Of a stretch of DNA of 64,000 bases, positions 58,625 to 64,000 are shown piece after piece. The notes beneath the pieces are model-generated. The model saw only the letters and a program-made list of their open reading frames with translations, ran no database searches and was not told where the DNA came from. Position numbers and translations under genes: made by a program. The DNA lies in assembly GCA_047602405.1 (NCBI GenBank), contig JASGHJ010000002.1:3008001-3072000 (forward strand), written 5' to 3'. Source of the DNA: Anaeromyxobacteraceae bacterium. GTDB lineage: Bacteria > Myxococcota > Myxococcia > Myxococcales > Anaeromyxobacteraceae. Each line of letters starts with the position of its first letter. Within the stretch, counting starts at the first letter, position 1.

Positions 58625-60787
58625 TTACGACTTCGCCGGCTCGGCCGGGGCGGCGCCGCCCGAGGCCTTCGCGGCGTCGGCGAGCGCCTCCTTGCGGGAG
58701 AGGCGGATCTTCCCGGCGCGGTCGACCGAGATGACCTTCACCATGACCTCCTCGCCCTCGCTGAGCACGTCGGAGACGTTCTTCACGCGCTTGTCGGAGA
58801 GCTCGGAGACGTGGATGAGGCCGTCGGTGCCCGGGAACAGCTCCACGAAGGCGCCGAACTCCACGATCTTGCGCACCGTGCCCGTGTAGATGCGGCCGAC
58901 CTCGGCCTCCTGGGTGAGGGCGCGGATCATCTTGATCGCCTCCTCCACCTTCTCGTTGTTCGAGGAGGCGATGGAGACCGAGCCGTCGTCCTCGATGTTG
59001 ATCGAGGTGCCGGTGCGGGCGGTGATGTCCTTGATGGTCTTGCCGCCGGGCCCGATGATGTCCTTGATGCGCTCCGGGCGGATCTTGATGGTGGTGATCC
59101 GCGGCGCGTAGACGCTGATGGACTCGCGGGTCTTCGGGAGCGCCTTCAGCATCTCGCCGAGGATGTGCTTGCGGCCCGCGGCGGCCTGGTTGAGCGCCGT
59201 CTCGAGGATCTGCCGGGTCACGCCGGTGATCTTGATGTCCATCTGGATGGACGTGATGCCCGCGGCGGTGCCGCAGACCTTGAAGTCCATGTCGCCGAGG
59301 TGGTCTTCGTCGCCGAGGATGTCGGACAGGATGGCGATCTTCTCGCCCTCCTTGATGAGGCCCATCGCGATGCCGGCGACCGGCGCCGAGATCGGCACGC
59401 CCGCGTCCATGAGCGACAGGCAGCCGCCGCAGACCGAGGCCATCGAGGAGGAGCCGTTCGACTCCATGATGTCGGAGACGATGCGGACCGTGTACGGGAA
59501 CTTGTCCTCGGCCGGCATGACGTAGCGGAGCGCGCGCTCCGCGAGGGCGCCGTGGCCGATCTCGCGCCGGCCCGGGGAGCGGAGGAACTTCGCCTCGCCG
59601 ACGGAGAACGGCGGGAAGTTGTAGTGCAGCATGAACTTCTTGAAGATCATGCCGGTGAGCATCTCGACGCGCTGCTCGTCCTCGGAGGTGCCAAGGGTCG
59701 TGGCGACGAGCGCCTGCGTCTCACCGCGCGTGAAGAGGGCCGAGCCGTGCACGCGGGGGAGGAGCCCCACCTCGGAGGTGATCTTGCGGATGTCGGTCGG
59801 GCCGCGCCCGCCGATCCGCCGACCCTCGTCGGTGATCATCTTGCGCATGTATTCGTACTTCACGTCCTCGTAGTAGCCCTTGATCTCCTTCTCGCGGGCC
59901 ACGACGGCGGCGAGCTTCGCGGCGTCGCCGGCGGCCTCTTCCTTCAGGGCCGCCATCAGCTCCTTCTTGATCTCCGAGAGCCGGCCGTAGCGGTCGTGCT
60001 TCTCGTTGCGGGCGTAGGCCTCCTTCGTCTTCTCCCACGTGAGGGCCTTCACCTTGGCCTTCAGGTCCTCGTCCGCCTTCGGCGGCTCGAAGGCGCGCTT
60101 CGGCTTCGCGCCGAAGGCCTTCGCGAGCGCCTCCTGGGCGTCGAGCAGGTCCTTGATGGCCGCCTGGCCGAAGAGGAGGGCCTCGATCATCACGGCCTCG
60201 GAGACCTCCTTCGCACCGCCCTCCACCATGACGATGGCGTCGCGGGAGGCGGCCATGACGACGTCGAGGTCGCACTCGGCGCGCTGCGCGATGGTCGGGT
60301 TCGCGATCAGCTCGCCGTTGAGGCGGCCGACGCGGACGCCGGCGATCGGGCCGTTGAACGGCACGTCCGAGCACTGGAGCGCGGCGGAGGCGCCGGTGAG
60401 CGCCAGCACGTCGGTGTCGTTCTCCTGATCGAAGGAGATGACCGACGCGATGATCTGCGTCTCGTTGGCGTAGCCCTCCGGGAAGAGCGGCCGGCACGAG
60501 CGGTCGACGATGCGCGAGGTCAGCGTCTCCTTCTCGGTCGGGCGGCCCTCGCGGCGGAAGAAGCTGCCCGGCACCTTGCCGGCGGCGAAGAGCTTCTCCT
60601 GGTAGTCGACCGTGAGCGGGAAGAAGTCGATGCCCTCCTTCTTCTCGGCGGCGGACACGACGGTCACGAGGACGATCGAGTCGCCCTGGCGGACCCAGAC
60701 CGAGCCGTGCGCCTGCTTGGCGATCTTGCCCGTCTCGAGCAGGATCTCCTTGCCGCCGACCTTGGCGGTCTTCTGGATGGGATTCAC
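58625..60787 (-). CDS. pnp: Polyribonucleotide nucleotidyltransferase
   Basis: [24 protein letters not shown] and GDMDFKV; KH and S1 domains; GTG start. Confidence 0.97.
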   Translation of the reverse strand: MNPIQKTAKVGGKEILLETGKIAKQAHGSVWVRQGDSIVLVTVVSAAEKKEGIDFFPLTVDYQEKLFAAGKVPGSFFRREGRPTEKETLTSRIVDRSCRPLFPEGYANETQIIASVISFDQENDTDVLALTGASAALQCSDVPFNGPIAGVRVGRLNGELIANPTIAQRAECDLDVVMAASRDAIVMVEGGAKEVSEAVMIEALLFGQAAIKDLLDAQEALAKAFGAKPKRAFEPPKADEDLKAKVKALTWEKTKEAYARNEKHDRYGRLSEIKKELMAALKEEAAGDAAKLAAVVAREKEIKGYYEDVKYEYMRKMITDEGRRIGGRGPTDIRKITSEVGLLPRVHGSALFTRGETQALVATTLGTSEDEQRVEMLTGMIFKKFMLHYNFPPFSVGEAKFLRSPGRREIGHGALAERALRYVMPAEDKFPYTVRIVSDIMESNGSSSMASVCGGCLSLMDAGVPISAPVAGIAMGLIKEGEKIAILSDILGDEDHLGDMDFKVCGTAAGITSIQMDIKITGVTRQILETALNQAAAGRKHILGEMLKALPKTRESISVYAPRITTIKIRPERIKDIIGPGGKTIKDITARTGTSINIEDDGSVSIASSNNEKVEEAIKMIRALTQEAEVGRIYTGTVRKIVEFGAFVELFPGTDGLIHVSELSDKRVKNVSDVLSEGEEVMVKVISVDRAGKIRLSRKEALADAAKASGGAAPAEPAKS

Positions 60788-61016
60788 GAATGCACCTTTC
60801 CGGCCCCCTGGCGCATCGAGCGCCGTCCGTGGGGGCCATGGGCCCGCGTGGCCGACCGAGCTCGGGGCCCGGGAGGTGCCTCTGTTCCTCACTGCGCGTC
60901 CCGTCTGCGGACGGGGGGCGGAGTCGGAAACGGAGGTTCTCCCCTCGGGTCCCTCGCGCGCCCCGGCCGTGCGAGCGCGTTCACTGCTTGTACGCCTCCG
61001 TACCCCGGAAGCGCTT

Positions 61017-61043
61017 GCGCCCCGGTCGAGGTGACCGGGGCGC
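61017..61043 (-). terminator. Hairpin downstream of rpsO
   Basis: GCGCCCCGGTC-GAGGT-GACCGGGGCGC. Confidence 0.55.
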
Positions 61044-61057
61044 CGCCCGCACGTCCG

Positions 61058-61324
61058 CTACTTGCGGATGCCGAGCTTGTCGATGAGGGCCTTGTAGCGG
61101 GCCTCGTCGGTCTTGTGCAGGTAGTCGAGCAGCCGGCGCCGCTGGCCGACGAGCTTCAGGAGCCCGCGGCGGCTGTGGTGGTCCTTCTTGTGCGTCTTGA
61201 AGTGCTCGTTCAGGTACGCCATGCGCTCGGTGATGAGCGCGACCTGGACCTCGGGCGAACCCGTGTCCTTGTCGTGCTGCTTGAACGTCTTGACGAGCTC
61301 CTGCTTCTTGTCCGGGGTGATCAC
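61058..61324 (-). CDS. rpsO: 30S ribosomal protein S15
   Basis: [13 protein letters not shown] and [25 protein letters not shown]. Confidence 0.97.
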   Translation of the reverse strand: MITPDKKQELVKTFKQHDKDTGSPEVQVALITERMAYLNEHFKTHKKDHHSRRGLLKLVGQRRRLLDYLHKTDEARYKALIDKLGIRK

Positions 61325-61468
61325 CTAAGCTGTCCTTTGCCTTGCTGACTGGGCCGTTCCCGAGGGAACGACCGGGTTGATCGGCGAGCCGCCGCGGGGG
61401 CCAAGGTCGGGCCGCGGGCGCCAGTCCGCCGAGTGAGGACGGGGATTTACGCGATCCCGGGTCCCCCG

Positions 61469-62389
61469 TCAACCGCCCGGAGGCGGCTCCGGAGGGAAGC
61501 CCCGGACCGGCCGCGCCCCGCCCCCGGAGATGGGCTTCAGGACCGCCACGAGCGTCCCGTCCGGGAGGAGCGCCCGCAGCAGCGGCCCGGGCGGCACCGG
61601 CCGCCTCAGGAAGCGGCCGCACCACAGGTCCTGGGCCTCGCCGGCATCGACCGGGACCGCCGGCAGGAGCCGGAGCGCCTCGCCCGCGGGCAGGAGCCGG
61701 CGGCGCAGGGCATCCGGGTCGGCCCGACCCAGGGCGAGGGCCTCCTCGAGCGGGATCGCGATTGAGAGGTCGAAGCCGGACGCCTCGGTGCGGCGGAGCC
61801 CGGCCAGGTGGGCGGGGACGCCGAGCCGACGGCCGAGCTCGGCGGCCAGGGTGCGCACGTAGGTGCCCTTGCCGCAGCGGACGGCGAGCCTCGCGACGAG
61901 GTGCCCGGCCGCGGGCGCCGGCGCGAGCTCCACGAGCTCGAGCGCGTGCACCACCACCCGCCGCGGCGTGCGGTCGACCTCCTCGCCGGCGCGCGCGGCC
62001 TCGAAGAGGCGGCGGCCGCCGACGCGGACCGCCGAGTACATCGGGGGCACCTGGTCGAGCTCGCCGACGAGGCCGGGGAGCGCCGCGCGGAGGGCGGCCT
62101 CCGTCACGGCGGACGGGTCACCGCGCTCGACGACCTCGCCCTCCCCGTCCTCGGTGGTGGTCGAGGTGCCGAACGCGACGGTGGCGAGGTACGCCTTGTC
62201 GCCGTCGGTGAGGTACTGCTGCAGCTTCACGGCGTCGCCGACGCACACCGCGAGCACGCCGGTGGCGGTCGGGTCGAGCGTGCCGGCGTGGCCGGCCTTC
62301 GCGGCGCCGAGCGCGCGGCGGACCTCGGCCACCACCTCGTGGCTGGTCGGGCCGGCCGGCTTGTCGATGACGAGGAGTCCACCCTTCAC
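61469..62389 (-). CDS. truB: tRNA pseudouridine(55) synthase
   Basis: DKPAGPTSH, GHAGTLDP, QVPPMYSA and CGKGTYVR. Confidence 0.96.
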   Translation of the reverse strand: MKGGLLVIDKPAGPTSHEVVAEVRRALGAAKAGHAGTLDPTATGVLAVCVGDAVKLQQYLTDGDKAYLATVAFGTSTTTEDGEGEVVERGDPSAVTEAALRAALPGLVGELDQVPPMYSAVRVGGRRLFEAARAGEEVDRTPRRVVVHALELVELAPAPAAGHLVARLAVRCGKGTYVRTLAAELGRRLGVPAHLAGLRRTEASGFDLSIAIPLEEALALGRADPDALRRRLLPAGEALRLLPAVPVDAGEAQDLWCGRFLRRPVPPGPLLRALLPDGTLVAVLKPISGGGARPVRGFPPEPPPGG

Positions 62390-62399
62390 GGCGTGGCCT

Positions 62400-62762
62400 T
62401 CACTTGCCCGCGTCCTTCTCGCGCGCCTCCTTGAGGAGGCGCTCGATGCGGTCGCCGCGCTCGACCGACTCGTCGTAGACGAAGCGCAGGTGCGGGGTGT
62501 GGCGCAGGCGCAGGTTCCGCGAGACCTCGCGCTGGAGGAACCCTGCAGCGGCGGCGAGCCCCTGCATGGTGCGGTCGCGCTCGGCCTCCGGCGCGTGGAT
62601 GGAGACGTACACGGTCGCCTCGCGCAGGTCGGGCGACATCTTCGCGCCGGTGACGGTCACGAACCCGGTGACGCGCGGGTCCTTGATGCCGCCCCTCGCG
62701 AGGATGGCGGTGAGCTCGTGCCGGAACTCCTCGGCGACGCGGGCGGGGCGATCGTGGGCCAT
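62400..62762 (-). CDS. rbfA: Ribosome-binding factor A
   Basis: IKDPRV, MSPDLREA and LRHTPHLRFVYDES. Confidence 0.95.
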   Translation of the reverse strand: MAHDRPARVAEEFRHELTAILARGGIKDPRVTGFVTVTGAKMSPDLREATVYVSIHAPEAERDRTMQGLAAAAGFLQREVSRNLRLRHTPHLRFVYDESVERGDRIERLLKEAREKDAGK

Positions 62763-62770
62763 GTGCGGTT

Positions 62771-63145
62771 CTACCTCGGGTTCTCGTCGTCGTCGCGCCA
62801 GCCGTCGACGTCGGCCAGCGTTCCACCGCCGCCGTCCGTGCCGAGGCCGTCCGGGTAGGACTCGACCTCCACGTCCTGCCCGGTGATCATGATCTGCCCG
62901 CCGTGCATGGAGCCGACGAAGTCGGCCACCTTGTCGAGCGACTCGCGCACGAACGCGGCGTCGTTGCCCACCGCGGTCACGCCCACCACGCTCTTCTGCC
63001 ACAGGTCGTTCTCGGCGACCTCGGCGATCGAGACGTTGAACTTCGCCTTCACCCGGTCGATGGCCGAGCGCACGAGGTGGCGCTTCGACTTCAGGGAGCC
63101 GGGCTCGGGCAGGTGGAGGGTGAGGCGCAGCACGCCGACGAACAT
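62771..63145 (-). CDS. DUF503 (YlxP) family protein
   Basis: SLKSKR and FNVSIAEV..NDLWQ motifs; usual position upstream of rbfA. Confidence 0.9.
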   Translation of the reverse strand: MFVGVLRLTLHLPEPGSLKSKRHLVRSAIDRVKAKFNVSIAEVAENDLWQKSVVGVTAVGNDAAFVRESLDKVADFVGSMHGGQIMITGQDVEVESYPDGLGTDGGGGTLADVDGWRDDDENPR

Positions 63146-63204
63146 TGGGGGGCGGAGTCTAATCCTTCCGGGGGCTCAAGTCAGGAGGAACGGACTGCCG
63201 CCCC

Positions 63205-63546
63205 TCACTCCAGCCGCCGCGACACGAGCAGCACCTCCATCTCGCCCATCGAGCACTCCTCGCTCGACACCGGGTTCACCGTGATCACCTCCAGGATCCC
63301 GCCGGTGCGCAGGAAGAACCGGATGTCGTGGACCTGGGTGAAGCGGTCCTTCCCGTCGTCGCCGGAGGCGAGGCGGGTCACCTCGGTGCGGTCGAGGTCG
63401 ACGGCGGTCCGCTCCGCGAGGCCGGCGTCCACCACGGCGTCGAGGGCGAACCGCGCCGGGAAGCGACCCCGGCCGGTGCAGTCGGGCGGCTCGGCCCGGG
63501 CGGTGGCGGCGAAGAAGAAGGCGAGCGTCGCGAGCTTCGTGCGAAT
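63205..63546 (-). CDS. Small secreted hypothetical protein (start codon unclear)
   Basis: Signal-like RTKLATLAFFFAATARA-EPPDC; EVITVN..SSEECSM; GC3-rich only in this 3' part of the longer ORF. Confidence 0.5.
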   Translation of the reverse strand: MRTKLATLAFFFAATARAEPPDCTGRGRFPARFALDAVVDAGLAERTAVDLDRTEVTRLASGDDGKDRFTQVHDIRFFLRTGGILEVITVNPVSSEECSMGEMEVLLVSRRLE

Positions 63547-63858
63547 GTCCTCGGGGAGCGCAGCTTCCGGGCCGGGGCGGCGAACGCGAGGCGGTGCGAG
63601 CGGTTGCGCGAAGATGTGGCCGGCGGGACGCACGGTGTCTCTCGCCGGATGGAGCGAGGCCGAGAACCGGCACGCAAGCCGCCGTGGCACTCCGCCGTCC
63701 CCACCCTCCTTCGGAGGCGAGAGACAGAGGCGGGGGACCGGTCCTCGGGGGCGTGCAGCTTCACGCAGAGTCACTCCCGCCAGCGGGAGTAACTGGATGT
63801 TCTGGGTGCCGTGCCACCCGCCCTCGAGATCTGCCGAATTCAAGATGGGCGTGGGGCC

Positions 63859-63970
63859 GCCCCTCGTCTCCGCTGCCCCTCGTCTCCGCTGCCCCTCGTC
63901 TCCGCTGCCCCTCGTCTCCGCTGCCCCTCGTCTCCGCTGCCCCTCGTCTCCGCTGCCCCTCGTCTCCGCT
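63859..63970 (+). repeat. 7x 16-bp tandem repeat GCCCCTCGTCTCCGCT
   Basis: Units at 63859, 63875, 63891, 63907, 63923, 63939 and 63955. Confidence 0.95.
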
Positions 63971-64000
63971 GCCGCTTCGCGGCAGCTACGCTCGGGGTGA
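63955..64000 (+). repeat. Dispersed REP-like hairpin element, copy 3 (runs to the window edge)
   Basis: GCCCCTCGTCTCC-GCTGCCGC-TTC-GCGGCAGC-TACGCTCGGGGT. Confidence 0.85.

Noticed and set aside
63859..63970. Possible CRISPR array
   Set aside because: 16-bp units abut with no spacers and there are no cas genes in the window; same for 12864-12931.

Overview
Very GC-rich bacterial DNA. Gene content (vegA-like gene, OmpA/TSP3 protein, ECF-caspase module, long HNH protein) suggests an Anaeromyxobacter-like myxobacterium; this is inferred, not looked up. The window holds about 57 genes. Housekeeping blocks are DUF503-rbfA-truB-rpsO-pnp-dut-purB, purC, gpt plus a BMP-type nucleoside ABC transporter, and rseP-moaDE. 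Accessory loci lie between them. Main observations: (1) a candidate new selenoprotein at 15248-15743(-), where an in-frame TGA sits in a C-terminal N-x-P-V motif and is followed by a SECIS-like hairpin; (2) a tightly packed five-gene operon of two B12-binding radical SAM enzymes, two GNAT-like proteins and a GH3 acyl-adenylate ligase; (3) a dispersed ~50-bp hairpin element in three copies with compensatory stem changes, one preceded by a 7x tandem expansion; (4) five of six apparent +1 frameshifts turn GATC into GATTC/GAATC, suggesting modification-linked base-calling errors; (5) an ECF sigma/anti-sigma/caspase/lipoprotein operon. All family assignments are by-eye motif recognition; no database searches were run.
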